This document shows, piece after piece, positions 27,306 to 37,445 of a DNA stretch of 64,000 nt (position 1 is its first letter; every line of letters begins with the position of its first letter). The notes beneath the pieces are model-generated. The model did not search any database. It was not told the DNA's origin and saw nothing but the letters and a program-made list of their open reading frames with translations. The stretch is from an uncultured bacterium. GTDB lineage: Bacteria > Abyssobacteria > SURF-5. The DNA lies in assembly GCA_964607485.1 (NCBI GenBank), contig CAZSKP010000003.1, positions 32,001 through 96,000 on the forward strand, written 5' to 3'. The position numbers and the translations under genes are program-made.

Positions 27306-28034
27306 GTGGAAGACGCTGTTCGGCCGAGCATTTCCGTGGTGATGCCCGCCTATAATGAGAAGGACAACATCGAGGAGGCGGTGAGATCCTCGCTCAATAC
27401 CCTCAAGAGCGCGTGTGACGATTTCGAGATCGTGATCGTCGATGACGGGAGCACCGACGGAACGAGCGAGATGCTGGACAGGTTGAGCGAGAGCATTCCC
27501 GAACTCAGAGTGATTCACCACGGGAAGAACTGCAAGTTCGGCAGAACGTTGAGAGACGGAATCGCCGCCGCCCGGAAGGAACTGATCTTCCTCACCGACT
27601 CGGACAATCCCATCGACATGGATGACATGAAGAAGGCGATTCCGATGATGAAGGAGTACGATGTTGTGAACGGACGCCGTCTCACGCGGGAACCTTCGGT
27701 CAAACGCATCATCTACACCGCAGTGTACAACATGATGATACGGACGCTCTTTCGGCTGAATATCCAGGATGTGAACTTCTCATACAAGATGGTCAGGCGC
27801 GAACTTCTCCAGAAACTCGACCTTCGCTCGGAAGGGTCGTTCATTGACGCGGAAATGCTCGTAGAGGCGAAGCGAAACGGCGCGCGAATAACCGAGATCG
27901 GCATCATGTACTACCCAAGGACACTTGGCGAGTCCACCCTCGCCTCACCTTCGGTAATCCTGAAGATACTCTATGAGATGTCCTTGTACATAGTGCGTCG
28001 CCTCTTTCGTTCCGGCGGCTCCGTGTCGGCTTGA
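27306..28034 (+). CDS. Glycosyltransferase family 2 (Dpm1/ArnC-like polyprenol-phosphate sugar synthase)
   Basis: ISVVMPAYNE, IVDDGSTDGT, FLTDSD, YPRTLGES; TTGACT-18-TATCAT promoter at 27211-27240; start inferred. Confidence 0.9.
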   Translation: MEDAVRPSISVVMPAYNEKDNIEEAVRSSLNTLKSACDDFEIVIVDDGSTDGTSEMLDRLSESIPELRVIHHGKNCKFGRTLRDGIAAARKELIFLTDSDNPIDMDDMKKAIPMMKEYDVVNGRRLTREPSVKRIIYTAVYNMMIRTLFRLNIQDVNFSYKMVRRELLQKLDLRSEGSFIDAEMLVEAKRNGARITEIGIMYYPRTLGESTLASPSVILKILYEMSLYIVRRLFRSGGSVSA

Positions 28035-28040
28035 GAGCGC

Positions 28041-29582
28041 ATGGCGCTGAGCAGAATGTGTGAAAACCCGCGCGGTCAGAGGCGTGCTTCGATGGAAACC
28101 TTCCCCGATGAATCGTCCAGCCAGGTTGACGCCCGCAGCCGGCTCCGCCATACAGCGATTCCGCTCCTCATCGCAGCGATAAGTCTTCTGATCGGCCTGT
28201 TCTTCATCAGGCCCAACATGGGCGAGCCCGATTCGTACCGAGAGGCGCTGTCCGCGTTCAAGTACATCGATGAAGGCGTGTACTCATCCTATTGGGACCA
28301 TCCGCTGACAATGTACGTGTTTGTGGCGGCCACGCGCCTCTCGCTCGCTTTCGGCTGGAGGCAGACGGCTGTGCTGAACACGCTCGCCGTCCTGTTCGGT
28401 TCGTTGAGCGTGTGGCCTTTCTATCAGCTCGTGCGAAGGCTGGTGAACTGGCAGACGGCGGCCTTCGCATCGACGGCCCTCATCCTGTCGCCCGCTTTCA
28501 TTCAATTCTCGACGTACCTCTCTCACGAAGTCGTCGGGTTCGCGTTCGCCCTGTGGAGCCTGTATCTGTTCGAGCGAACGCTTGCGGAACGGAGCAGGCT
28601 CGCGGCAACCGCGTTCGGATTCTCGTTTGGCGCGACGTGGGCTGCCAGGCCGAACGGGGCGATGTTCATAGGCCCCCCGCTTCTGGCGCTCCTTTTTCAT
28701 GGAGCGCGTAAGTCCCGGCCGGCTGACACGGGAAAGCTGCTGCTCTTCGCCTTATTGGGTGTTTTCGTATGCCTTATCGCCGTGTACAGGCCGGCGCTCG
28801 TCACCCACCTGGCCTCGAAGTCGGGAAGCTTTCTGTTCACGTACTACGAACTTGGCAGATACATCAAGAGCACCACTCTCATCGCCGTGCAATCGCTGAC
28901 GCCCGCGCTGGTGGTCCTCGCGGCGGCCGGCTGCAGCGTGCTCGTGGTGCGTCGCAAGTTCTTCATCGCCCTGTTTGCCGGCGTTTGGATATCGGCCGCG
29001 TATCTGTTCTACACCGGGATGTACTCGATGCACAGGTACTTCCTGGTCCTGCTTCCTCCCTGCCTGCTGTTGTGCTTTGCGGGCGCCGACGAACTCGACG
29101 CTCTGTTCGCGGCGGGACGAAGACGATTCGGGCACGTCGCCAAGGCGGCGGTCGTCGTGCTCCTCCTGCTCGCGGCGCTGGCGCCGAGCCTGCCTGACCT
29201 CCTCTATCTGAGGAGCGTGAATGACGACGAGGTTGCCTCCAGGGAGATAGGCAAGCTGGTGGGCCGGAATCTATTGTTCACTACTTCGTCGGAGCCGATG
29301 ATACAATACTACAACCGCGAAAATCCGCCCGAGACGGTGTATCTGGTGACCGAATACAGTCCCGGGAAAGTCGCAATGAGGACCGACGCGCTCCGTCTGG
29401 CGCAGGAACGTCTGAGAGAAGGGCGGCCGGTGTTCGCAACGGGTGAGCTCATCCGGCATTTTCAGCTTCCGGGCATCGACGCGACGTTCGAGCCGGTCTG
29501 GCAGTACAAATCGCTCCGCCTGTTCCGGCTCACGAGGCTGAAGTTCGCCGAAGGCGTCACCGCCGGACACGGAGCGGGCTGA
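28041..29582 (+). CDS. Polytopic GT-C fold glycosyltransferase (ArnT/PMT-like)
   Basis: About 11 hydrophobic segments, EPDSY..., YWDHPL, ARP, HRYFLVLLP; follows the GT2 gene; start uncertain. Confidence 0.72.
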   Translation: MALSRMCENPRGQRRASMETFPDESSSQVDARSRLRHTAIPLLIAAISLLIGLFFIRPNMGEPDSYREALSAFKYIDEGVYSSYWDHPLTMYVFVAATRLSLAFGWRQTAVLNTLAVLFGSLSVWPFYQLVRRLVNWQTAAFASTALILSPAFIQFSTYLSHEVVGFAFALWSLYLFERTLAERSRLAATAFGFSFGATWAARPNGAMFIGPPLLALLFHGARKSRPADTGKLLLFALLGVFVCLIAVYRPALVTHLASKSGSFLFTYYELGRYIKSTTLIAVQSLTPALVVLAAAGCSVLVVRRKFFIALFAGVWISAAYLFYTGMYSMHRYFLVLLPPCLLLCFAGADELDALFAAGRRRFGHVAKAAVVVLLLLAALAPSLPDLLYLRSVNDDEVASREIGKLVGRNLLFTTSSEPMIQYYNRENPPETVYLVTEYSPGKVAMRTDALRLAQERLREGRPVFATGELIRHFQLPGIDATFEPVWQYKSLRLFRLTRLKFAEGVTAGHGAG

Positions 29583-29587
29583 CAACA

Positions 29588-30457
29588 ATGTCGAAGCTAT
29601 TGATAGTCAACGCCGACGATTTCGGGCTCGAAGAGGAGGTAAACTCCGGCATCATCGAGGCGCACCTCCACGGCGTGGTCACGAGCACCTCGCTCATCGC
29701 CAACGGCGACGCGTTCGAGCACGCTGTCGCGCTCGCTCGTGAGAACCCGGGACTGGACGTGGGCGCACACCTGACGTTGACGCGGGGCCCGTCGCTTGTG
29801 GGAGGCCCATTGCTCGACCCACTCGAGGTCCCCTCGCTGGTCAAGGGCGACGGCCTGTTCTCTCAAAATCCGACGACGCTCGCCGCCCGAATCGTTCTGG
29901 GTTTCGTGAGCCGTTCCCAGATAAGAAAAGAGCTGAGGGCTCAGATGGAAAAGATAGCGTCGGCGGGCATCCGGATCACGCACATTGACAGTCATCAGCA
30001 CATTCACATGGCGCCGCCGGTGTTTCGCATCGTCGTCGAGCTGGCCTGCGAGTTTGGGGTGAAATGGCTGAGGCTGCCCATCGGGCGCTCCCTGCCACGG
30101 AGCGGTCCGAGGGCCGGCGCGTTTGGGCGGTTGAAAAGCAAGATACTGGCCTGGCTTGCCGCGCGGGATGCGCCCATCATGGCGAGCGCCGGACTGCGCT
30201 CGGCGCATTATTACGTCGGCGTGGATTTCTCCGGACGACTGCTCGAGGAAGAGATCGAGCACATTGTCGCCAATCTGCCCGACGGGATTGCCGAGCTCTC
30301 ATGTCATCCCGGCTCGGACGACGCGCGGCTGAGCCAAAGTCATCCCTGGGGGTATCGGTGGCAGCGAGAGCTCTCGGCGTTGTGTTCGAGGCGCGTCCGC
30401 ACTGCCATCGAGGAGTCCGGCTTCAAACTTGTCGGTTACTCGAACGTGAGCGGCTAG
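29588..30457 (+). CDS. YdjC/ChbG/HpnK family carbohydrate deacetylase
   Basis: LIVNADDFG, VGAHLTL, THIDSHQHIH, ELSCHPG. Confidence 0.92.
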   Translation: MSKLLIVNADDFGLEEEVNSGIIEAHLHGVVTSTSLIANGDAFEHAVALARENPGLDVGAHLTLTRGPSLVGGPLLDPLEVPSLVKGDGLFSQNPTTLAARIVLGFVSRSQIRKELRAQMEKIASAGIRITHIDSHQHIHMAPPVFRIVVELACEFGVKWLRLPIGRSLPRSGPRAGAFGRLKSKILAWLAARDAPIMASAGLRSAHYYVGVDFSGRLLEEEIEHIVANLPDGIAELSCHPGSDDARLSQSHPWGYRWQRELSALCSRRVRTAIEESGFKLVGYSNVSG

Positions 30458-30483
30458 TGTTTGGTTGCACCAATAAGCATCCA

Positions 30484-30509
30484 GGGCAGGCACAGGGGCC
30501 TGCCCCTAC
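30484..30509 (-). repeat. GTAG-type REP element between convergent genes
   Basis: Minus strand GTAGGGGCAGGCCCCTGTGCCTGCCC (GTAG tag plus palindrome). Confidence 0.7.
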
Positions 30510-30577
30510 GAACTCACGTGGGAATACGGGCTCTGTCCCCATATTTCGCCGGCCGGGGCCGCCTTTCCCGGCTGGAG

Positions 30578-30811
30578 TTATTCCCACTCTATGGTTTCTA
30601 TGACCTTCTTGTCCTGATCCCAGTAGTCGATCTTGGTGAGGACATTGTTTATGAATTCGAGCCGGGCCGCCTGTTCGCCCGTCGAATGATTGAACAGACG
30701 TATCTCCACATTCTCGACACCGGCGAGTGACATCTTTTCCCTCTCGTACCGGCATTCCAGGCTCCTGAGGAAATTCTCGACAATTTCGGGAGTGATCTTC
30801 GTTTCCGCCAT
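30578..30811 (-). CDS. Small hypothetical protein
   Basis: 77 aa (MAETKITPEIVENF...) starting 2 nt after the kinase stop. Confidence 0.65.
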   Translation of the reverse strand: MAETKITPEIVENFLRSLECRYEREKMSLAGVENVEIRLFNHSTGEQAARLEFINNVLTKIDYWDQDKKVIETIEWE

Positions 30812-30813
30812 GT

Positions 30814-31581
30814 TCACCCGCCTGCTCTTTGGCCTGCCGACGAGGGCAGGCAAATCTTCACGCAAACTCCCCCTTTTGGCGCGTTATCGACCTCGATGGT
30901 CCCTGCATGCGCCTCGACAAGAATCTTCGCCGCCGCGAGACCGAGACCGAGACACCGCGACTGCCGCTTGGTTGTATAGAACGGCGTGAAGAGGTGCGCG
31001 CGCGCGTCCTCGCTCAGACCGGGGCCATCGTCCTCGAACAGCGCGACGACCTGTTCGGCCTCCGCAAGCGTCGTGATTGAGAGGCAGCCGCCCTTTTCCT
31101 CGATGGCATCCAGGGAATTTTGAATGACGTTCAAGAATATCTGTTCAAGGGCGGGCGTGTCAACCTCGATGGGCGGAATGTCTGCGGAATAGTTCTCGAC
31201 AAGCTCGAGCGACTTCTTGATGAACTGGTGGCGGAGCAGGTCGAGCGAGGCCTTTATGATGAAATTTATGTTGTCAAACTCTTTCTCGAGGCCTCCGAAT
31301 CGGCTGAATCGCTTGAAATCCAGAATCAGTTTGCGACACTGTTCGGCAGAGTAGTTGATCTTGTCCAATTCCCTCGTGACCGGCTTTGCCCGGTCCTGTC
31401 CGAGCAACAGTTGCGCGTACCCCGTCACGCCGGTCAAGTGATTGTTCACTTCGTGAGTAATGCTCGAGGAGAGCCGGCCCACCAGCGCAAGTTTCTGGCA
31501 GTTCACAAGCTGCGCCAGCATTCTTCCCGTTACATCCGTCGCATCCGCTTGGGACTCCTTTTTCACCTTTCTTCCTTTCAC
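30814..31581 (-). CDS. Histidine kinase core (HisKA + HATPase) without a sensor domain
   Basis: SITHEVNNHL, QIFLNVIQNS, EDDGPG, FTPFYTTK..CLGLGL. Confidence 0.85.
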   Translation of the reverse strand: MKGRKVKKESQADATDVTGRMLAQLVNCQKLALVGRLSSSITHEVNNHLTGVTGYAQLLLGQDRAKPVTRELDKINYSAEQCRKLILDFKRFSRFGGLEKEFDNINFIIKASLDLLRHQFIKKSLELVENYSADIPPIEVDTPALEQIFLNVIQNSLDAIEEKGGCLSITTLAEAEQVVALFEDDGPGLSEDARAHLFTPFYTTKRQSRCLGLGLAAAKILVEAHAGTIEVDNAPKGGVCVKICLPSSAGQRAGG

Positions 31582-31593
31582 GCAAACGCAAAC

Positions 31594-32874
31594 CTAGCTG
31601 CCGATCTTGAAATTCTCTTCATACCATTCTTTCCACTTTTCGACGTTATGGCCATATGGCCGGTGAGTGATCTCTCCCAGAACGGTGGTCGCGCGAACGG
31701 CCTGAGACGAGTTTGGGCTGTTGATGACGGTTATCAACTTGTGGACGGCCTGAAGGTCGTTCAATCTGATCAATGTGGTCGCGGCGTTATCGGCGACCGT
31801 GGCGTCTGTGTCGCCCAACGCGTCCACCAACTCGTCTATCACGGACGCGTCCGCCACATATATCAGGGCTTCCGACGCCGGCCTGCGCACGATAACGGTG
31901 CGATCTTTCAGTGCATCCGCCAGGGCGTGGACTGTCGAGGGGTCTTTGGCTTTGAGGAGCCCGATGGCCGCCTTTGAGCGCACCTCCGGGCTCGAGTCGG
32001 AGGAGAGCAGCCTGACCAAAGCGTGAACGGCCTCCGGACTCTTTATGTCGCCCAGCGCCGAGGCGATATCCGCTCTCACAGACGGAGTTTCGTTCGGAAG
32101 CGCGCTCACAAGCGCCCCCACCGAATACACGCTCCCGACCTTGCCCAGCGCCGAGGCGATTATGCGCCGTACGTCTTCGTCGGTCTCCTGCTCGAGAGCG
32201 CGGCCGAGCGCCCACCCCGCATCCGGACCCTTGAGGTCGCCCAACGCAGTTGCGGAGTAGATGCGAATTCTCGAGTCTTCATCGTTAAGGCCTTGGATAA
32301 AGATGTCCCTGCTTGACGGAGATCCTATTTCCTTCAGCGCGTATATGACCTCCACCCTGACGCTCGTATCCTTGTCGCCGGCCTCACTTTCAAGGCCTTC
32401 CACCACGGCTCGATCTTCTTTCTTCGCCAGCCTGCCGAGCACATAGGCGGAGTATTTCCGCACGCACGGGTTCGGGTCGCTCAAGTTCGCGACCAATTCT
32501 TCAAAAATGCTGGGGTCACCCAGTTTCGCAAGCGCTTCGGCCACCGCCTTTTGAACCACCTCTTCAGGGTCCCTGAGCGCTCGCATCAGGGCGGGAATGG
32601 CCTCCTTGTCTTTGTGGTCGCCGAGAAGTTCCGCCGCGTAACGACGTTGATGCTTCAATTTGGAATGTTCGAGGGCGTAGACAAGTTCCTGGGTCGTGCT
32701 CAAGATGTCGACGAATATGGGGGATTGCTGCTCTTCGTTCTGGGCCAGGGAAAGGCGCTTCTCCCCCGATTCGGCAGGCGCGGCATGGACGGGAATGGCT
32801 ATGGATGCCAGAATAACGGCGTTTGTGAGAATGAGAATGTTGCCCAAGAAACCTTTCGTGTTCTGTGGACTCAC
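31594..32874 (-). CDS. Exported HEAT-repeat protein
   Basis: Signal-peptide-like ILILTNAVILASIAIPVHA, about 10 HEAT/PBS repeats, terminal WKEWY. The start may lie up to 32958. Confidence 0.85.
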   Translation of the reverse strand: MSPQNTKGFLGNILILTNAVILASIAIPVHAAPAESGEKRLSLAQNEEQQSPIFVDILSTTQELVYALEHSKLKHQRRYAAELLGDHKDKEAIPALMRALRDPEEVVQKAVAEALAKLGDPSIFEELVANLSDPNPCVRKYSAYVLGRLAKKEDRAVVEGLESEAGDKDTSVRVEVIYALKEIGSPSSRDIFIQGLNDEDSRIRIYSATALGDLKGPDAGWALGRALEQETDEDVRRIIASALGKVGSVYSVGALVSALPNETPSVRADIASALGDIKSPEAVHALVRLLSSDSSPEVRSKAAIGLLKAKDPSTVHALADALKDRTVIVRRPASEALIYVADASVIDELVDALGDTDATVADNAATTLIRLNDLQAVHKLITVINSPNSSQAVRATTVLGEITHRPYGHNVEKWKEWYEENFKIGS

Positions 32875-33202
32875 CTGGATGATCGTATCCCCCTTGGGAT
32901 TTACTCTATTTGGCAACGGTTCTTTTTTGGACGAGCTTATCTCTCGCTCCCATGCCACCTTCTATTATACATTCTGAATAGAAGAAATCAAAATCGACAG
33001 GTTGGCCCAATCCTTAAATAATAGACGGCTCGTTCCCCCGCGATATTCACCCGGCTAATTTTGGAAGCAATCTGCGCTTCTTCGGCATGGCCAAAGTCAG
33101 TGCCGCTCCGAATCGTCTCCCTCCTCTTGCTCTTTTCCCTCTTTTTGCGAAAAAAAGGGGGGAGAAGTGAAAAAAAGGTGAAACTTCTCGCATCGGTGAA
33201 GA

Positions 33203-33231
33203 TTGAAGTATTTGCGACCCTGTGTTATAAT
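33203..33231 (+). promoter_or_regulatory. sigma70 promoter of the lptD/NDP-sugar operon
   Basis: TTGAAG-17nt-TATAAT with extended -10 TG. Confidence 0.7.
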
Positions 33232-33313
33232 CGCTCGATGTCTCTCCTGAAACCGGATGCAGTAGAGCCGCCGGAACGTGTGACTCCCGCTTTCGGAGGC
33301 GGAATGTACAGGC

Positions 33314-35473
33314 TTGAATGTGCAGCGAAGGAGTAGAGCGGCGTTGAGAGCGAGCCTGCGAGACAGTAAGAATGGCATCATTTCTCTCATCTCGATTATT
33401 CTCGTCTTTTGCGTAACCACGCCGGTTGAGGCGGGAAAGGGGCTTTCCGACATCCGGGAATCGGACGTCGTCAGCAAGACGGAGCCCGTTTATTTTGCCG
33501 GCGACAGGTTCAGCTATGACCTGAAAACAGGTGTCGTCACGGGCAGCGGCGACATCGAGGTGGTTCAGGACGAAAGCACGCTGCGGGGCGACAAGGTCAT
33601 CATAAATCTTTCAAAGAAGGTGGCGGAGATAGACGGAGATGTCGTGGCCACGCGAGGGGCCGATGTGGTCGAGGGCACGCGCGGAGTGTACGATTTCGAG
33701 AACCAGACGGGCGTTTTCTACGAGGCGCGGGGATATTCGGATCCCTGGTACGTCACTGCCGAGAAGATCAAGCGCGCGAGTTCGGGGGAGTACTCAGTCG
33801 CCGGCGCCTCACTGACTACCTGCGACCGCCCGCATCCCCACTATGGCCTCAAGGCGGGCTCGATCACCGTCGTGCCCGAGGAACGCGTAATCGCGCGCAA
33901 CATCACCCTCTTCGCAGGCCCGGTGCCGCTCTTCTACATACCCTACTATTCCCAGGGACTGGGCCCGTCGCGTCCGCCGCTCGAGTTCGACGCGGGCACG
34001 CAGACCGACCTGGGAGCATACGCCAGTCTGCGCTACAACCTCGAACTGAGCAGAGAGATCTCGCTCTATCCGCATATCGAGGCGTTCACGAAGAGCGGGC
34101 TGGGAGGAGGGGTGGACGGCCGTCTCGACCTGTTCGAGGGCAGGGGACGCGGCACGTTCGACTCGTTCTACATTTCCGACATGAACGACAGCAACACGGA
34201 CGAAGCCGGCATCGACAAGGACAGGGGCAAGCTCGACTTCTACTATCGTCAGGAGCTTCCCTACGACTTTACCGCGCTCATACAGGAGGAATACGTAAGC
34301 GACCGCGAGTTCCTGAAGACGTTCGACTTTGACGAATTCTCCGAGCGGGAGCTGCCCGAGACGTTCTTCAATCTCGAGCGGACGGGCGAGCACAGCGTGA
34401 TATCGTTCATCACGCGCGTGAGGCTGGTGGATTATATTGATGACATCGAACGCCTGCCCCAGCTCAGGCTGGAATTGCTCGAACAGAGGATAGGCGATAC
34501 CGGCCTGTTCCTGAGCGCCGCGAACGAAACCGCCTACCTCAACGTCGAGCCGCACGGGGCCGAGTCCGCGCGAAACTTCTCCCAGGCGCGGCTGGCCTAC
34601 CCCAAGCGTCTCTGGAACTGGCTCGAACTCGTGCCGTTCATCGAGGGCGACGCCACGTACTATTCAAAGACGCCAATGGAAGACGACGAGTATCGGCTCT
34701 CATGGGAGACGGGCGTGGTCTCGCAGGCGCGGTTCCAGCGTGTCTTCAACTCTCCCTTCCCCCAATACACCGCGTTCAGGCATCTGTTTGTGCCCACGGT
34801 CATCTACCGCTACAGGCCGACTCCCGACGAGCAACCGGACGAGCTGCCCCAGTTTGATTCGATCGACCTGATCGACCGGGAGAACATGGTCGAGGTGGAA
34901 CTCAGGAATTACCTCCAGGCAAAGCGACCCGACGGCAGCAAGGTCGAGCTGGGACAATATACTCTGACGGCGGGACTGGAATTCGACGACGGCGAAGACC
35001 GTCTGGCCGAGCTCGAGAACGAGTTCCTGCTCAGGCCGGTGCCCAACTGGGAACTGGCGCTGAAATCACTGAACGACTTCAGAGACGAGAGGCGCAGCGA
35101 CCTGGTGAGCGCCGTCATTGGATACACGAAGCCCGATTCGTTCAAGGCCTCGGTGGGCGTCATACACGAGGACACCGTGCTCAGGCCCTTCGAGACGCAG
35201 GTGGTGTATTCGCTCAGCAAGGCATTCGGACCGCTGTGGCGCGCGGGGTTCGAGCAGCGCTACGATTTCGCCACCGACGATTTTTCGTACCAAGAGTTCT
35301 GGGTGTGGCGCGACCTGCATTGCTGGGAGGTCCTCGTCAGGCTCAGGGACAGGCGGGAGGCCACCTCGGTGATGGTGCTGTTCAACATCAAGGCCTTCCC
35401 CTTGAGGCAGATCGAGCGGAAGACTGAGATAAAACCCAGCGGGGAGAATCATCCATGGCCCACGCGTTGGTAA
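33314..35473 (+). CDS. lptD: LPS-assembly protein LptD-like (OstA domain plus beta-barrel)
   Basis: N-terminal beta-jellyroll, SLTTCD..PHY, VPLFYIPY, ERLPQL, C-terminal RDLHCWE. Confidence 0.8.
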   Translation: MNVQRRSRAALRASLRDSKNGIISLISIILVFCVTTPVEAGKGLSDIRESDVVSKTEPVYFAGDRFSYDLKTGVVTGSGDIEVVQDESTLRGDKVIINLSKKVAEIDGDVVATRGADVVEGTRGVYDFENQTGVFYEARGYSDPWYVTAEKIKRASSGEYSVAGASLTTCDRPHPHYGLKAGSITVVPEERVIARNITLFAGPVPLFYIPYYSQGLGPSRPPLEFDAGTQTDLGAYASLRYNLELSREISLYPHIEAFTKSGLGGGVDGRLDLFEGRGRGTFDSFYISDMNDSNTDEAGIDKDRGKLDFYYRQELPYDFTALIQEEYVSDREFLKTFDFDEFSERELPETFFNLERTGEHSVISFITRVRLVDYIDDIERLPQLRLELLEQRIGDTGLFLSAANETAYLNVEPHGAESARNFSQARLAYPKRLWNWLELVPFIEGDATYYSKTPMEDDEYRLSWETGVVSQARFQRVFNSPFPQYTAFRHLFVPTVIYRYRPTPDEQPDELPQFDSIDLIDRENMVEVELRNYLQAKRPDGSKVELGQYTLTAGLEFDDGEDRLAELENEFLLRPVPNWELALKSLNDFRDERRSDLVSAVIGYTKPDSFKASVGVIHEDTVLRPFETQVVYSLSKAFGPLWRAGFEQRYDFATDDFSYQEFWVWRDLHCWEVLVRLRDRREATSVMVLFNIKAFPLRQIERKTEIKPSGENHPWPTRW

Positions 35474-36417
35474 CGGGCGGCGCCGGCTTCATCGGCTCTC
35501 ATCTGGCGGAGGCCCTGCTCGGGCGGGGATACCGTGTGACGGTGCTCGACGACCTCTCGACCGGAAGCCGCGACAACATCGACCACCTCCAGCAAAATCC
35601 CGACTTCGAGTTTGTGCTCGGCACCATCATGGATTACGACACGGTGGACAAGCTGGTCTCACGGTGCGAGGTCATCTTCCATATGGCCGCCGCGGTGGGC
35701 GTGAAATACATCATCGATAACCCGCTCGCCTCGTTGCGGATTAACACGAAGGGCACAGAGAACGTGTTCGAGGCGGCCAACCGGCACAAGCGCAAGGTGG
35801 TCATCGCGTCCACGTCGGAAGTGTACGGAAAAAACGAGAAGGGGAACCTGGGCGAGGACGACGACAGAGTCCTGGGCTCGACCGCCATATCGCGGTGGGG
35901 CTACGCCTGCACGAAGACGTTCGACGAGTTCCTCGCGCTCGCGTACTGGCGCGAAAAGAAGCTGCCCGTCGTGATCGTGAGATTTTTCAACACGTGCGGC
36001 CCGAGACAGACGGGCGAGTACGGCATGGTCGTCCCTCGGTTTGTCAAGGCTGCGCTGCTGGGACATCCCCTCCAAGTGTTCGGCGACGGGAAACAGGTGC
36101 GCTGCTTTTCCTTTGTGGACGACATCGTGAACGGCACGCTCGCCCTCGCCGAGCATCCGGCGGCGGAGGGGGAGATATTCAACCTCGGCTCCACCGAGGC
36201 TATCAGCATCGAGGAATTGGCTCAAAAGGTAGTGATGATGACGAACAGCTCGTCACCCATCAGCTACATTCCGTACGAGCAGGCGTACGAAAAGGGTTTC
36301 GAGGACTTGCGCCGCCGCGTTCCCGACATCAGCAAGGCGAAGCGGCTGGTGGGCTTTGAGCCGAAGACATCCCTCGACACACTTCTGCGCCGGGTGATCG
36401 AATACTTTAAGGAATAG
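35455..36417 (+). CDS. NAD-dependent NDP-sugar epimerase/dehydratase
   Basis: [44 protein letters not shown]. Confidence 0.92.
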   Translation: MAHALVTGGAGFIGSHLAEALLGRGYRVTVLDDLSTGSRDNIDHLQQNPDFEFVLGTIMDYDTVDKLVSRCEVIFHMAAAVGVKYIIDNPLASLRINTKGTENVFEAANRHKRKVVIASTSEVYGKNEKGNLGEDDDRVLGSTAISRWGYACTKTFDEFLALAYWREKKLPVVIVRFFNTCGPRQTGEYGMVVPRFVKAALLGHPLQVFGDGKQVRCFSFVDDIVNGTLALAEHPAAEGEIFNLGSTEAISIEELAQKVVMMTNSSSPISYIPYEQAYEKGFEDLRRRVPDISKAKRLVGFEPKTSLDTLLRRVIEYFKE

Positions 36418-36482
36418 GATGGAAGCGCTCGTGGGCGCGGATAACTCGGCTGCCGCGATGGCGCCCGGATACGTTGGCTGCG

Positions 36483-37433
36483 ATGAGAGTATTGATAACG
36501 GGGATCGCCGGCTTTGCAGGGTCGCATCTTGCCGAGCTCCTGCTGAATGACGGGGAAGAAGTATTCGGCACGCTCCTGCCGGGTGAGAGTACCCGGAACC
36601 TGGAAACGGTTCGACCTCAGCCGGAGTTGGTTCCGTGCGACCTGCGGGATGCCAAGGCGGCCGAACAGCTGATGGCGCGAGTACGGCCGGAGGAAACATA
36701 CCATCTCGCGGCGCTGACGTTTATCCCCGACTCGATGGTCGACCCGCGCTTGACGTTCGACACCAATCTGTACGGAACTCTGAACCTCCTCGAAGCCGCC
36801 AAGAAGCTCTCGTCGCGCCCGCGCATCCTGTTTGTGGGGTCGGCAGACGAGTACGGGCGAGTCAGAAAAGACGAACTCCCGATTAAGGAGCAGAACCCGC
36901 TGAGGCCGGCCAACCCATACTCGGTCAGCAAGGTGGGCGCCAGCATGCTCGCCTATCAGTACGGCCTTTCGGAGGGGATGCATGTCGTCCGGGTGCGGCC
37001 CTTCAACCATACGGGGCCGCGGCAGTCGCCGCAATTTGTCTGTTCCGACTTCGCGCGCCAGATAGTCGAGGCCGAGAGGGGGCGGCGCCCGCCGGAGATA
37101 CGGGTGGGCAATCTGAGGCCGAAGCGGGATTTCACCGATGTGAGGGACGTGGTGCGCGCTTACCGAGAGGTCCTGAGGCGCGGCGAGCCGTGCGAGGTCT
37201 ATAACATATGTTCGGGAAAAGCGGTGGGAGTGGGCGAGATACTGGATGAGCTGCTGGCCCTTTCGGGAAATCGACTCATGATAGTCGAATCTTCCGAACG
37301 CACGCGCGCGAGCGATGTCGAGGAAATACGCGGAGATTTCGGCAAGCTCGAGAGCGCGACCGGTTGGAGACCGACCATGCCTCTTAGGAAGACGCTGGAG
37401 GATTTAATCGGATACTGGCGGGGAATCAACTGA
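36483..37433 (+). CDS. GDP-4-keto-6-deoxy-D-mannose reductase (Rmd)-like SDR
   Basis: LITGIAGFAGSHL, YSVSK, RPFNHTGPRQ...FVCSDFARQI, VGNL...RDFTDVRDVVRAY. Confidence 0.8.
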   Translation: MRVLITGIAGFAGSHLAELLLNDGEEVFGTLLPGESTRNLETVRPQPELVPCDLRDAKAAEQLMARVRPEETYHLAALTFIPDSMVDPRLTFDTNLYGTLNLLEAAKKLSSRPRILFVGSADEYGRVRKDELPIKEQNPLRPANPYSVSKVGASMLAYQYGLSEGMHVVRVRPFNHTGPRQSPQFVCSDFARQIVEAERGRRPPEIRVGNLRPKRDFTDVRDVVRAYREVLRRGEPCEVYNICSGKAVGVGEILDELLALSGNRLMIVESSERTRASDVEEIRGDFGKLESATGWRPTMPLRKTLEDLIGYWRGIN

Positions 37434-37445
37434 AGGAGGCTCTTC

